Sequence record: DRR378314_2487
Strand: one strand, 5' to 3'
Length of the DNA stretch: 46,895 nt
In this document: positions 1 to 9,963 of the stretch, piece after piece
Position numbering within the stretch: position 1 is the stretch's first letter
Layout of the letters: every line of letters starts with the position of its first letter
The notes under the pieces: model-generated
The model's database searches: none
Seen by the model: the letters and a program-made list of their open reading frames with translations, nothing else
What the model was told of the DNA's origin: nothing
Program-made: the position numbers and the translations under genes

Positions 1-29
1 GTCGCTCTAACCAACTGAGCTAAGGGGGA
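1..29 (-). tRNA. 5' portion of a tRNA, probably tRNA-Asn (truncated by window edge)
   Basis: Minus strand reads TCCCCCT-TA-GCTC-AGTTGGTTA-GAGC-G-AC: acceptor 5' arm, D-stem GCTC/GAGC and D-loop GG. Anticodon is outside the window; Asn is inferred from the 5'-TCC start. Confidence 0.8.
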
Positions 30-48
30 AGCGTCATGCCTTTCAACG

Positions 49-84
49 GGGCGAAATATTAATGATGGAGCCGCAAAGTGTCAA
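49..84 (-). promoter_or_regulatory. Sigma70 promoter of the tRNA with GC-rich discriminator
   Basis: Minus strand TTGACA (79-84), 17-bp spacer, TAATAT (56-61), then TTCGCCCC; typical stable-RNA promoter. Confidence 0.85.
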
Positions 85-654
85 CATAAAAACTTCATAA
101 ATTCAAAAAAGTAGTTTATTCGATGTTTTTATGTTCGATCTGCGCGTTTTATAACTCTAATCGTGCAATTAATAACATCCCAAAAAAGAAAAACTTCAGC
201 AACAGGGTGATTATGTAGCTAGGTTTAAGTGATGTAGCACCAACTAAAAATATGAAAAACCATAATTTGGTATCAATTTTATTCTCTAAAATACAAAAAA
301 ACAGTTTTTATACGGCAAATACTTTAAAGGGGGATTTTTTATTATTAAGCGCTAAGCAGTCGCTTTTGTAATAAGTTACGAAGTTTTTTAACGCTAAGAA
401 TTTTGTTAGGGCAAATTTTAGAAATAATATCAGAACGAATCCCAATAAATTTTTTACTTTAAATTCAGATTAATAAAGAAGACTTTCTTAAGTTGGAGGG
501 TTACTTTCGACTGTAGATATGCTCATACATTGCATGTTTAGATGATTTTTTCATCTGAAATGCCAAAATGAATTAAGTTAGTATTCGCCAACGTAATTAG
601 AATTTAGTTTCTATCGATAAGTTAAACCCCTTGATTGGTGCGGGTTTGAATGAG

Positions 655-689
655 TTATCCACGGAATCTGTGGATAACTCTGTTTATTA
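655..689. promoter_or_regulatory. DnaA-box cluster, DARS-like core
   Basis: TTATCCACG (655-663), 5 bp, TGTGGATAA (669-677), 3 bp, TGTTTATTA (681-689). First two boxes are inverted. Lies upstream of the uvrB operon. Confidence 0.75.
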
Positions 690-855
690 AAGTTTAAGAA
701 CATCATCTACGCTATATTTTTCGGGCGCTGTAAGGATATCAAGCACTAAAAACATTTTTTTTATCTATATATAAAACAATGTCTTAAAAAAAAAGCATGA
801 ATTAGCACCCTATGATGAGGAAAATTATTCGTGACGATAAGATATAAGCAATTTT

Positions 856-864
856 TGTGTAAAA
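856..864 (-). promoter_or_regulatory. Additional DnaA box
   Basis: TGTGTAAAA, i.e. TTTTACACA on the minus strand, fits TTWTNCACA. Confidence 0.4.
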
Positions 865-1114
865 AATCAGCGCTAGCGGAGAGGGTTTTGTTATAAACGT
901 TACATAAGTGTATTTTTATTGTTTTTAACTGATGTTTTTGAGCTATTGCAAGGAAACCGCTTAAAACGTGTACTTTTCTACCAAATTTATGACCGTTATG
1001 AACGATAGAAACTTTATCTACCTATATGTAAACGGATTCATTTAATAAATGCGTGGCTTGCAACGCGCTGATGCTTTAAAATGGCAGCTTAATAAAAGAG
1101 GCTTATTTATTCAC

Positions 1115-2494
1115 ATGCGCGCAAACTTGCAAACAAACACATCCCCTGATTTATTAAACTCCCCAATAGTTCCAACGCTAAAACGTATGACGATCCCGAT
1201 GATCTTCGGCATGATCACATTGATGATGTTTAATATTGTTGATACGTTTTTTATTAGTTTGTTGGGTACCGAGCCTTTAGCCGCGGTGAGTTTTACTTTT
1301 CCTGTTACTTTTACTGTTATCAGTTTGGCAATTGGTTTAGGTATTGGCACATCTGCTGTAATAGCAAAAGCGTTAGGCAGTAATAATATTGAAGAAGCGC
1401 GGTTTGACGCTAGCATGGCGTTGTTGGTAGCTGTTGTGATGGTGCTTATTTTATCTTTATTCGGCTATTTATTTATTGAGCCAATATTTAAATTACTTGG
1501 GGCAGGGCAGAATACGCTGCCATTAATTCATGATTACATGGGTATTTGGTTTATGGGTAGTGTGTTTTTAATCACGCCGATGATCGGAAACTCAGTATTG
1601 CGTGCAAGCGGCGATACAAAAACTCCAAGCATAGTGATGGGGGGAGCCGGGCTAATAAATGCGGTACTTGATCCCATCTTAATTTTTGGCTTTGGTCCAT
1701 TCCCCGCAATGGGCATCAAAGGCGCTGCAATCGCGAGCGTGATAGCTTGGTCTGTAGCTGTAGTGATCATTTTATATATTTTAGCCGTAAAAAAAGGCTT
1801 GTTGAGTTTACATGCAAAAAACCAAACAGCTTTGGTATCGGTTAAGAAAATTTTAAAAATCGGGTTTCCCGCAGCGGGCGCTAATATGCTCACACCCATT
1901 GCGATGGCTGTGATGACAGCACTCGTTGCTGGTTATGGACCTGAGGCGGTTGCTGCGTTTGGTGTGGGTAGTCGAATTGAATCCATAGCAAGCCTTGTTG
2001 TGCTGGCGTTGTCGATGACATTACCGCCATTTATAAGCCAAAACTTTGGTGCAGGTAAATTAAGTCGAGTGAAAGAGGCTTATTGTTCAACGCTTAAATT
2101 TGTAATGATATGGCAATTTATCATTTACTTATTGCTAATCGTATTTTCAGGTGTGATCAGTCAATTGTTTGGTAAAGAGCAAATGGTTATCGATGTAATT
2201 ACCTTGTTCATTTACACGTTACCGCTTAGTTATGGTTTTCAAGGCGTAATAATTTTATCTAACTCATCTTTTAATGCGCTACATAAGCCTATGAATGCGC
2301 TAGTGCTTAGCGTTATTAGGTTATTTGTGTTTTATGTACCGTTTGCTTATATCGGAAGTTTAATTGCAGATTTACCCGGTTTATTAATAGGTGCTGCAAT
2401 AGGTAATGTGTTCACCGGCTTAGTTGCCTATAAATGGTTCATAAAAGAACTCAATGCTATTAATAATTCACCCGTCAAGGAGTGCCAAGTATGA
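1115..2494 (+). CDS. MATE family efflux transporter
   Basis: About 12 hydrophobic segments; motifs [40 protein letters not shown]. Start placed at ATG 1115 after AAGAGG (ORF track starts at 1049). Confidence 0.92.
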   Translation: MRANLQTNTSPDLLNSPIVPTLKRMTIPMIFGMITLMMFNIVDTFFISLLGTEPLAAVSFTFPVTFTVISLAIGLGIGTSAVIAKALGSNNIEEARFDASMALLVAVVMVLILSLFGYLFIEPIFKLLGAGQNTLPLIHDYMGIWFMGSVFLITPMIGNSVLRASGDTKTPSIVMGGAGLINAVLDPILIFGFGPFPAMGIKGAAIASVIAWSVAVVIILYILAVKKGLLSLHAKNQTALVSVKKILKIGFPAAGANMLTPIAMAVMTALVAGYGPEAVAAFGVGSRIESIASLVVLALSMTLPPFISQNFGAGKLSRVKEAYCSTLKFVMIWQFIIYLLLIVFSGVISQLFGKEQMVIDVITLFIYTLPLSYGFQGVIILSNSSFNALHKPMNALVLSVIRLFVFYVPFAYIGSLIADLPGLLIGAAIGNVFTGLVAYKWFIKELNAINNSPVKECQV

Positions 2495-4491
2495 GTGATC
2501 ATTTCCAACTCGTTTCGCAGTTTACCCCAAGTGGCGATCAACCTACTGCCATAGCCCAGTTATGCGAAGGCTTAGAGTCAGGATTAGCACATCAAACCTT
2601 ATTGGGTGCCACGGGAACAGGTAAAACATTTACCATGGCAAATATTATTAATGATTTAAATCGCCCGACAATCATTATGGCGCATAACAAAACACTTGCA
2701 GCGCAGCTGTATGGGGAGATGAAAGAGTTTTTCCCTCACAACGCCGTTGAGTATTTTGTGTCTTATTATGATTATTATCAGCCAGAAGCCTATGTTGTAG
2801 CCAGTGACACATTTATCGAAAAAGATGCGTCTATTAACGAACATATTGAACAAATGCGCTTAAGTGCAACAAAAGCTTTGTTAGAGCGTCGTGACACGAT
2901 AATAGTGGCGTCAGTATCAGCCATCTATGGTTTGGGCGATCCTGATTCATACATGAAAATGATGTTGTTATTAAAAGTCGGTGAGACAGTTGATCAACGC
3001 GATATGCTTCGTCGTCTTGCAGAATTACAATATACACGAAATGATATTGATTTTAGCCGTGGTACGTATCGAGTACGTGGCGAAGTTATTGATATCTTCC
3101 CTGCGGAGTCAGAGACTTATGCCGTGCGTGTAGAAATGTTCGATGATGAAATTGAACGTTTGAGTATATTTGATCCGCTAACAGGGGCGGTTGAAAAACA
3201 TATAGTACGTGCCACCATCTATCCTAAAACGCACTATGTGACACCACGAGAGAAGATCCTCGATGCCATAGAGCATATTAAGGCTGAACTAAAAGAACGT
3301 CGTGCTCAGTTATTAAGCGCAAATAAGCTTGTTGAAGAGCAACGTGTAGCACAACGAACACAGTATGATATCGAAATGATGACCGAGCTTGGTTATTGTT
3401 CGGGTATCGAAAACTACAGCCGTTATTTATCAGGTCGCACACCGGGTGATCCACCACCCACATTATTGGATTACTTACCCGATGATGCGCTTATGATCAT
3501 CGATGAATCGCATGTCACAGTATCGCAAATAGGCGCTATGTATAAAGGCGATCGCAGTCGAAAAGAGAACCTTGTTGAATATGGTTTTAGAATGCCCTCG
3601 GCAATGGACAATAGGCCGTTACGATTTGAAGAGTTTGAAGCTATCGCGCCGCAAACTATTTATGTGTCAGCCACCCCTGGGGACTTTGAGTTGGAGCGCT
3701 GTGGTGATGATATTGCAGAACAAGTGATTCGTCCTACAGGCTTACTTGATCCTGTAATAGAAGTGCGCCCTGTTGGCACTCAGGTTGATGATTTACTGTC
3801 TGAAATATATAAACGCGTTGAAATTGATGAACGTGTACTAGTAACCACACTTACGAAACGAATGGCCGAAGATTTAACGGATTATTTGAACGAGCATAAT
3901 GTTAAAGTTAGGTACTTGCATTCAGATATTGATACCGTTGAGCGTGTTGAAATAATAAGAGATTTTCGAGCGGGTGTATTTGATGTGTTAGTGGGGATCA
4001 ATCTTTTACGAGAAGGCTTAGATATGCCAGAAGTTTCTTTAGTGGCGATACTTGATGCCGATAAAGAAGGCTTTTTGCGCTCGGCACGTTCGCTTATTCA
4101 AACCATAGGGCGTGCAGCTCGTCATTTAAACGGACGTGCAATTTTATATGCTGACCGCATGACAAAATCTATGACTAAAGCGATAGATGAAACCCAACGT
4201 CGTCGTGATATACAACACGCTTATAATATTAAGCATGGTATTGAGCCAAAGGCACTATTGAAGAAAATTACCGACATTATGGATGTGGGTGAGCAGGCAG
4301 GCCCGCAGGATAATTTAAAACTTATTCGCAAAGAAACCAATAAAGTGCTCAGTGCTAAAGAGATTGCAGTTCAAATGAAAGAACTTGAAACTAAAATGCA
4401 TGCCTATGCAAGCGATCTTGAATTTGAAAAAGCCGCTTCAGTGCGCGATGAAATACACGAATTACAACAACAGTTGATTAAAAATGCATAA
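2491..4491 (+). CDS. uvrB: Excinuclease ABC subunit B
   Basis: Walker [19 protein letters not shown] beta-hairpin, [13 protein letters not shown]-terminal UVR coiled coil. ATG 2491 overlaps the MATE stop (ATGA). Confidence 0.99.
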   Translation: MSDHFQLVSQFTPSGDQPTAIAQLCEGLESGLAHQTLLGATGTGKTFTMANIINDLNRPTIIMAHNKTLAAQLYGEMKEFFPHNAVEYFVSYYDYYQPEAYVVASDTFIEKDASINEHIEQMRLSATKALLERRDTIIVASVSAIYGLGDPDSYMKMMLLLKVGETVDQRDMLRRLAELQYTRNDIDFSRGTYRVRGEVIDIFPAESETYAVRVEMFDDEIERLSIFDPLTGAVEKHIVRATIYPKTHYVTPREKILDAIEHIKAELKERRAQLLSANKLVEEQRVAQRTQYDIEMMTELGYCSGIENYSRYLSGRTPGDPPPTLLDYLPDDALMIIDESHVTVSQIGAMYKGDRSRKENLVEYGFRMPSAMDNRPLRFEEFEAIAPQTIYVSATPGDFELERCGDDIAEQVIRPTGLLDPVIEVRPVGTQVDDLLSEIYKRVEIDERVLVTTLTKRMAEDLTDYLNEHNVKVRYLHSDIDTVERVEIIRDFRAGVFDVLVGINLLREGLDMPEVSLVAILDADKEGFLRSARSLIQTIGRAARHLNGRAILYADRMTKSMTKAIDETQRRRDIQHAYNIKHGIEPKALLKKITDIMDVGEQAGPQDNLKLIRKETNKVLSAKEIAVQMKELETKMHAYASDLEFEKAASVRDEIHELQQQLIKNA

Positions 4492-5419
4492 TTTTTCTCC
4501 TCTAATCACTGCACTGGATAGTGCACCGATTGCAGCTAATGAGCTGTGCCGTATTTTCCATGGTCGTGGTCACAGTGTTGAACATTTAAGCCATTTAAAT
4601 TTAGACTTTTATCCACCGAGCTTATTTATAGTATCTTATGATGAGATAACACCTGAAACTCTTGAACAGCTGACTGAGCAAGTTTGGAACTGGGTAAAAA
4701 CAAATGCACCTGAACATATTACGGCACTGGTTTACCAGCAACGTGCAGGGCTAAAAACTCAAAATACATTGTTATACGGTGAGTTACCTGAATCTCACAT
4801 AGTTAAAGAAGGCGCTGCCAAGTTTCATGTTGATTTAATGAGTCGCCAAAACACCGGGATTTTTCCTGATATGCGAAATGGCCGCGAGTTTGTGAGTAAT
4901 AACAGTAAAGGCGCCAAGGTCCTTAACTTATTCTCTTATACATGCGGGTTTTCAGTCAGTGCCATGCAAGGTGGTGCTGACTGCGTAATCAACATGGATA
5001 TGAATAAAGGCGTGTTACGCACTGGGAAACAAAACCATCAATTAAATGGGTTTGATCGCGGTGTGAGTTTTTTACCTCATGATATTTTAAAATCATTCGG
5101 GAAACTTAAAAAAGCAGCACCTTTTGATTTAATCATTGTTGATCCACCGAGCTTTCAAAAAGGCAGTTTTATACTGACCAAGGATTATCAAAAAGTATTA
5201 CGTCGCTTACCAGAACTATTAACCTGCGATACTCAGTTATTATTATGCGCAAACAGCCCTGAATTGTCAGAACATGCGTTTAAAGCATTAATCGAAGAAC
5301 ATACGCAAGGTGCTATCACTTTTGTTGAGCGTTTAGCACCTACGTCAGGATTTGTTGAAGTAGATAGTGATCGTAGCTTAAAAGCACTTATTTATAAAAC
5401 CACTATAACATCTGCATAA
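4484..5419 (+). CDS. Class I SAM-dependent methyltransferase, RlmI/RlmK-like
   Basis: [35 protein letters not shown] motifs. Confidence 0.85.
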   Translation: MHNFSPLITALDSAPIAANELCRIFHGRGHSVEHLSHLNLDFYPPSLFIVSYDEITPETLEQLTEQVWNWVKTNAPEHITALVYQQRAGLKTQNTLLYGELPESHIVKEGAAKFHVDLMSRQNTGIFPDMRNGREFVSNNSKGAKVLNLFSYTCGFSVSAMQGGADCVINMDMNKGVLRTGKQNHQLNGFDRGVSFLPHDILKSFGKLKKAAPFDLIIVDPPSFQKGSFILTKDYQKVLRRLPELLTCDTQLLLCANSPELSEHAFKALIEEHTQGAITFVERLAPTSGFVEVDSDRSLKALIYKTTITSA

Positions 5420-5420
5420 T

Positions 5421-6107
5421 ATGAAACTCAGCCATCGTTTGAGTGCGATTAATTCATTGGTAGATGAATCCTATGATGTAATTTGGGATTGCTGCTGCGA
5501 TCATGGTTTATTGGGAATGACACTCCTTAAACGAGAGGTTGCAAATAAAGTAGTTTTTGTAGATATCGTACCTGAGCTGATGGATGCATTAAGTAATACA
5601 CTCGCGCGCTTTGCAGATTCAAACGCTAACAGTCAGTGGCAGGTTCAATGTAAAGATGTATCAAGTATTGAACTTATCCCTGATGCGACACAATTGATTA
5701 TTATCGCAGGTGTAGGGGGGGAGCTACTATTAAGGCTAATGCAAAAAATCATTGAAAATCATGATCAGCAAACGCTTAATCAGCTCAGCTTTATAATATG
5801 CCCTGTGCACCATACTTACGCGTTAAGGAAAGGGCTTGCACAATTGGGCCTGGGGTTAAAATCAGAGCAGATAATCATCGAAAATAAACGGTTTTATGAG
5901 CTTTTACATGTAAGCTTTAAATCAAACATACCCATTGAGCCTACCGGCTGTTCAATGTGGGACTTTACTGATAAACACCATCAGCAGTATGTTAAAACCT
6001 TAATAGCGCATTACACTCGCATGACAAAAAAAGAACCCACATATTATGAGCAGGTCATTGCTGATTATAAGCAATTAAATTTAGTTAAAACTAACAGGGC
6101 AGTGTGA
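5421..6107 (+). CDS. trmK: tRNA (adenine(22)-N1)-methyltransferase TrmK family
   Basis: LSHRLSAI, WDCCCDHGLLG, IIIAGVGGEL, ENKRFYE motifs. Confidence 0.8.
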   Translation: MKLSHRLSAINSLVDESYDVIWDCCCDHGLLGMTLLKREVANKVVFVDIVPELMDALSNTLARFADSNANSQWQVQCKDVSSIELIPDATQLIIIAGVGGELLLRLMQKIIENHDQQTLNQLSFIICPVHHTYALRKGLAQLGLGLKSEQIIIENKRFYELLHVSFKSNIPIEPTGCSMWDFTDKHHQQYVKTLIAHYTRMTKKEPTYYEQVIADYKQLNLVKTNRAV

Positions 6108-6171
6108 TCTACTTACTCTATTAAATTCGTACCACTTTTACGCCACTTGTATGAATTAATGTAATTTAAGT

Positions 6172-7200
6172 ATGAATAGTAAAATAAAAGACTTAAAGCC
6201 TTCCACTGCGAATAATGCGAAGTGGCCACACAGCTTTGAACAACCAATTTCTTATGCGCCTTTGGTACAACTTTCTAACGGTAACTGGGTAGTCCCGCAA
6301 CATTTTTTACGTTACAAGCATACTCTGCAATCTGTTAATGACGTACTCAGTCAAATTAGCTTTTCGGCTCATTTTCGCGTTATTGCGGCTGTAAAAGACC
6401 AGCAAGTTTATTTGCAAGTTGCTATTTTGAATCCCGACAATTACCAATCTAGTGAGCTTAATCAAAATGCGAAAAAATTACTATTTGGCAGGCGTTGGTA
6501 CGTAGAGGAAAACTTACCTACATCAGAGCTTATTCAAACCGCTTATTTAGCGCTAAAAGTAGCACGCGAACATGAAGTAAGAGAGCTTATTAAGTTTAAA
6601 CACCAAAACGGATCAAGTACGCCATTTAATAATCACCATGATTTACCTCTAATGGCACAAAATGCTGAGCTTGTGATGTCAGATGGTAAAGATATAAGTG
6701 ATGTAAACGAGGTTATAGATAATTGTATTTTTGCAGGAGCGCCAATCAAACTGATTAACGTTAATAAAATTGATAATTCAACGGTTTTATATCAAGTACA
6801 GTTAACCTGCCATGACTGCCAGCTTCACGAATTCAATAATACTCAAGTTTCATTTTTGGTAAATAACACAAGTACCAATCTATTTTTACATGGTCTGATT
6901 GATGCATTAATTAAAATCAGTAATGAATTTGTCAGTGAAAACTTTAAATACAATGACCTTGCTCGTTTTAGTAAGCACATATCCGTTGAGAAGATTGGGG
7001 AGTTAAGTATCAAACTTCGCTCTCATAATGCGTTAAATTTATGCTCATTGGGTAAGCAGCATGCTAATCAGCTCAATTTTGAAATTGATAGTGGGCGTGC
7101 GCCGCAAGGGTGTAACAGTGAAATATCTGGTTTTCTAGCCGCTCATGGTGTTGAGCGGCCGCAGAATGCTCACCTGTATACTAACCAGTTTACAGATTAA
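6172..7200 (+). CDS. Hypothetical protein, possible two-fold internal repeat
   Basis: 342-aa ORF with GRRW...ELIQTAYLALKVAREHEVRE; no family recognised. Confidence 0.75.
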   Translation: MNSKIKDLKPSTANNAKWPHSFEQPISYAPLVQLSNGNWVVPQHFLRYKHTLQSVNDVLSQISFSAHFRVIAAVKDQQVYLQVAILNPDNYQSSELNQNAKKLLFGRRWYVEENLPTSELIQTAYLALKVAREHEVRELIKFKHQNGSSTPFNNHHDLPLMAQNAELVMSDGKDISDVNEVIDNCIFAGAPIKLINVNKIDNSTVLYQVQLTCHDCQLHEFNNTQVSFLVNNTSTNLFLHGLIDALIKISNEFVSENFKYNDLARFSKHISVEKIGELSIKLRSHNALNLCSLGKQHANQLNFEIDSGRAPQGCNSEISGFLAAHGVERPQNAHLYTNQFTD

Positions 7201-7206
7201 TAGGTT

Positions 7207-7449
7207 TTATAGCTTATTTATTTCTTGATTAACATTAAAGCTTGAATCAGTAACAATAGCTTCGAGTGTTTGAATACGCTCTTTTAAAGCGCGCACCTCG
7301 GCATTCACTGCATCTAATTGTTTGTTTGCATCATGGTTGTTATTTTGCATTTTGTGCTTAAATTCGAGGTGCTTTTTATACATATCGTAAATGACCCCTG
7401 AACCCACAGAGATAAATACAATTAACACGATCATAGTAGTGCCTGACAT
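7207..7449 (-). CDS. Small single-pass membrane protein with coiled coil (PspB/PspC C-terminus-like)
   Basis: N-terminal hydrophobic helix, C-terminal LKERIQTLEAIVTD; GGGA RBS upstream. Confidence 0.7.
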   Translation of the reverse strand: MSGTTMIVLIVFISVGSGVIYDMYKKHLEFKHKMQNNNHDANKQLDAVNAEVRALKERIQTLEAIVTDSSFNVNQEINKL

Positions 7450-7620
7450 AGTTTTTATTTCCCTAATACGTCTTATTTAGTATAAAGTATAACCTGCTTT
7501 GTGTAGGTATAAAGCTGACAATTGTAACTTTATTTGTATTTTATGCTTATCCTTAGGTGGCCGCAGATAATGCCATATTATGCAAAGGGATAGGTTGGAA
7601 CACTGTTAAGAGAGGGACTT

Positions 7621-8070
7621 ATGTTACATACCAAAATACCACCCGTTATAGTGGTGTTATTTTTTGCAGGACTAATGGCATTGATTGCACATTACACTGT
7701 GATTGACTTTAATTTATTTGTTGCTTACGTTGCGACTATTTTAGTGTGTTTAGGCGTTATATTTTGTATCGCAGGTGTGGTGAGTTTTCGACTAGCCAAA
7801 ACCACGGTCAATCCTACTAATCCTGAGCAAGCCTCAGAGCTAGTGACGGCAGGCGTGTATAAAATATCTCGTAATCCAATGTATGTTGGTTTCGCTTTTA
7901 TTTTACTTGGGTGGGGGGTATGGCTTGCCTCTATTTGGGCGGTTTTAAGTATTATAGGTTTTGTGGCGTACTTAACATGGTTTCAAATCATGCCAGAAGA
8001 GAGGGCACTAACCGAGGTTTTTGGTCAGTCATATATCGATTATAAGGCGAAGGTTAGACGCTGGTTATAG
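7621..8070 (+). CDS. Isoprenylcysteine carboxyl methyltransferase (ICMT/PEMT) family membrane protein
   Basis: TTVNP, LVTAGVYKISRNPMYVG, PEERAL...FG..Y..Y...VRRWL. Confidence 0.88.
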   Translation: MLHTKIPPVIVVLFFAGLMALIAHYTVIDFNLFVAYVATILVCLGVIFCIAGVVSFRLAKTTVNPTNPEQASELVTAGVYKISRNPMYVGFAFILLGWGVWLASIWAVLSIIGFVAYLTWFQIMPEERALTEVFGQSYIDYKAKVRRWL

Positions 8071-8075
8071 ATGTT

Positions 8076-8100
8076 AAAAGGCTTTCATTGATAGCCTTTT
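8076..8100. terminator. Bidirectional intrinsic terminator
   Basis: AAAAGGCT...AGCCTTTT between convergent genes. Confidence 0.7.
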
Positions 8101-8117
8101 AACATGGCTATGGTAAT

Positions 8118-8774
8118 TTACTCGTACTCTAGCGGGTCTGTAACATCGTTAAGCTTAAATGCTTCAAGGCGCTCTTGGCACGCACCGCATTTACCACAGG
8201 CTTTTTCTCGGCCGTTATAACACGTCCAAGTTTCGCTGTAGTCTAATCCCATTTTTATGCCATCAGTTAAAATGTCAATTTTGGTATTGTTTAAATACGG
8301 GCTAAAAATTTCAATGGCATCATAGTTAGCAATGCGGCACAAATCGTCCATTTTTTTCACAAACTCAGGGCGGCAATCTGGGTAAATTGCATGATCGCCA
8401 GAGTGAGCCCCATAATAAACTTGGCTGGCTTTTAGTGATACAGCATACCCTACAGCTAATGAGAGCAAAATCATGTTGCGATTAGGCACAATCGTACTTT
8501 TCATGCTTTCTTCTTCGTAATGGCCTTCAGGCACATCGATATCATCAGTTAATGATGAGCCACCAATCAGTTGGTTAATAGCAGAAATATCGACGATTTT
8601 ATGGGGAACATTAAGCTTTTCACATACCTGTGCGGCGACCTTAAGCTCTTTAACATGACGCTGACCATAATCAAATGATAAGGCATATACATCGTGGCCT
8701 TCTTGCAGGGCTTTATTTAATACGGTAAATGAATCCATACCGCCGGAATAAATCACAACTACTTTTTGCGTCAT
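8118..8774 (-). CDS. queC: 7-cyano-7-deazaguanine synthase
   Basis: [38 protein letters not shown]. Confidence 0.98.
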   Translation of the reverse strand: MTQKVVVIYSGGMDSFTVLNKALQEGHDVYALSFDYGQRHVKELKVAAQVCEKLNVPHKIVDISAINQLIGGSSLTDDIDVPEGHYEEESMKSTIVPNRNMILLSLAVGYAVSLKASQVYYGAHSGDHAIYPDCRPEFVKKMDDLCRIANYDAIEIFSPYLNNTKIDILTDGIKMGLDYSETWTCYNGREKACGKCGACQERLEAFKLNDVTDPLEYE

Positions 8775-8812
8775 ATCTGTTTTGCTCTTAGTTTTAATAG
8801 AGGTTTATATCA

Positions 8813-8850
8813 GGGCGCGATATACTACACGGCTGGAGCATAAATAACAA
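8813..8850 (-). promoter_or_regulatory. Sigma70 promoter of queC with GC-rich discriminator
   Basis: Minus strand TTGTTA (8845-8850), 17 bp, TAGTAT (8822-8827), then ATCGCGCCC. Confidence 0.6.
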
Positions 8851-8928
8851 TTTTTGCCTATGCTTTTTGATTTTTGATGTGTCGCTCTAATCGGTCTGAT
8901 GAGTGCTAAGTAGTAAGTGAGATAACGT

Positions 8929-9594
8929 TTGTATAAAATTAATGAAATATTTGAAACCATCCAAGGTGAAGCAAGCTTTACTGGTACGCCTTCCGTATTT
9001 TTACGTTTACAAGGGTGCCCTGTAGGCTGTGCATGGTGTGATACAAAACAAACGTGGGAACTAGACAATGTATACAAAGTCTCGCTTGATGACACAGTGG
9101 AAAAAAAAGCGGACTCTGATCATTGGGCAAATGCCTCAGCGGAACAGATATTGGCACTTTTTAATTCGCGTGGTTACCGTGCAAAGCATGTAGTTATAAC
9201 CGGTGGCGAGCCTTGTATGTATGACTTGAACCCAATATGTAATTTATTACATGAACATGGGTTTAGTACGCAGATAGAAACAAGTGGTACTTTTGAAGTT
9301 TTAGCTCCGACACAAACATGGGTTACTGTTTCACCAAAGATTAATATGCGTGGTGGCTATGAAGTTCTGACCTCAGCAATGAAGCGTGCAGATGAGATAA
9401 AACACCCCATTGCAATGCAAAAACATGTGGAAGAACTTGAAGCGCTATTTTTAAAAACAGGTGTCAATCCAAAGCTTGTTTATTTACAGCCGATTAGTCA
9501 AAAAGTGTCTGCGACAAAGTTGGCGATAGAGACGTGTATAGACAAAAATTGGCGTTTATCTGTGCAGGTTCATAAGTATTTAGGGATAAGTTAG
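8929..9594 (+). CDS. queE: 7-carboxy-7-deazaguanine synthase (radical SAM)
   Basis: EIFETIQGE, CPVGCAWCDT (CxxxCxxC), TGGEP, IETSG, WRLSVQVHK; TTG start. Confidence 0.97.
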   Translation: MYKINEIFETIQGEASFTGTPSVFLRLQGCPVGCAWCDTKQTWELDNVYKVSLDDTVEKKADSDHWANASAEQILALFNSRGYRAKHVVITGGEPCMYDLNPICNLLHEHGFSTQIETSGTFEVLAPTQTWVTVSPKINMRGGYEVLTSAMKRADEIKHPIAMQKHVEELEALFLKTGVNPKLVYLQPISQKVSATKLAIETCIDKNWRLSVQVHKYLGIS

Positions 9595-9609
9595 CTTCAA
9601 AAGCGTAAA

Positions 9610-9648
9610 TTAAGAGTGCTTAGCAATGTGTAATTTAAGTACTCTTAA
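9610..9648 (+). terminator. Hairpin after queE
   Basis: TTAAGAGTGCTTA...TAAGTACTCTTAA inverted repeat; no clear U-tract. Confidence 0.45.
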
Positions 9649-9963
9649 GCAAATCAACAATCTATTTACTATAACTACCCTATGTCATTTTTGCTTCATA
9701 ACTCCCTCTGAACATATAGAAATAATTAGCAGCTTGCGTTATTGTTACTCTAATAGAAACGGATTCTAAGTGACGTGTGACTCGTACGAATTAATACTGT
9801 GGCTTATTGGTTATTGACTATAATTTACTTAGCCTTTGTTGTTTTACTTTTAGATAACATTGCAATAACTCGTGATATAAAATCTTAGCGCGGCATAGCG
9901 ATTTAAGCGTTACACCACTTTTTCGTATACCACGATGAAGCAAAATTCAGGACTTTGTGAAAT

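Noticed and set aside
252-371. 39-codon ORF (MKNHNLVSIL...) in the AT-rich intergenic region
   Set aside because: No RBS and no recognisable motif; expected by chance.
90-2490. LexA box for uvrB
   Set aside because: Near-matches such as CTGTAGATATGCTCAT (511-526) lack the CAG half-site; no convincing CTGT-N8-ACAG seen by eye.
8775-8820. preQ1-I riboswitch upstream of queC (minus strand CCTCTATTAAAACTAAG resembles the aptamer 3' half)
   Set aside because: The complementary 5' strand (AGAGG plus loop) is absent between the predicted promoter and this sequence, so P1 cannot form. An Rfam preQ1 search would settle it.
8118-9594. Dpd-type 7-deazaguanine DNA modification or QueC-based (Qat) defence system
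   Set aside because: QueC and QueE are canonical-length housekeeping forms, and no dpdA, tgt-like or qat partner genes are in the window.
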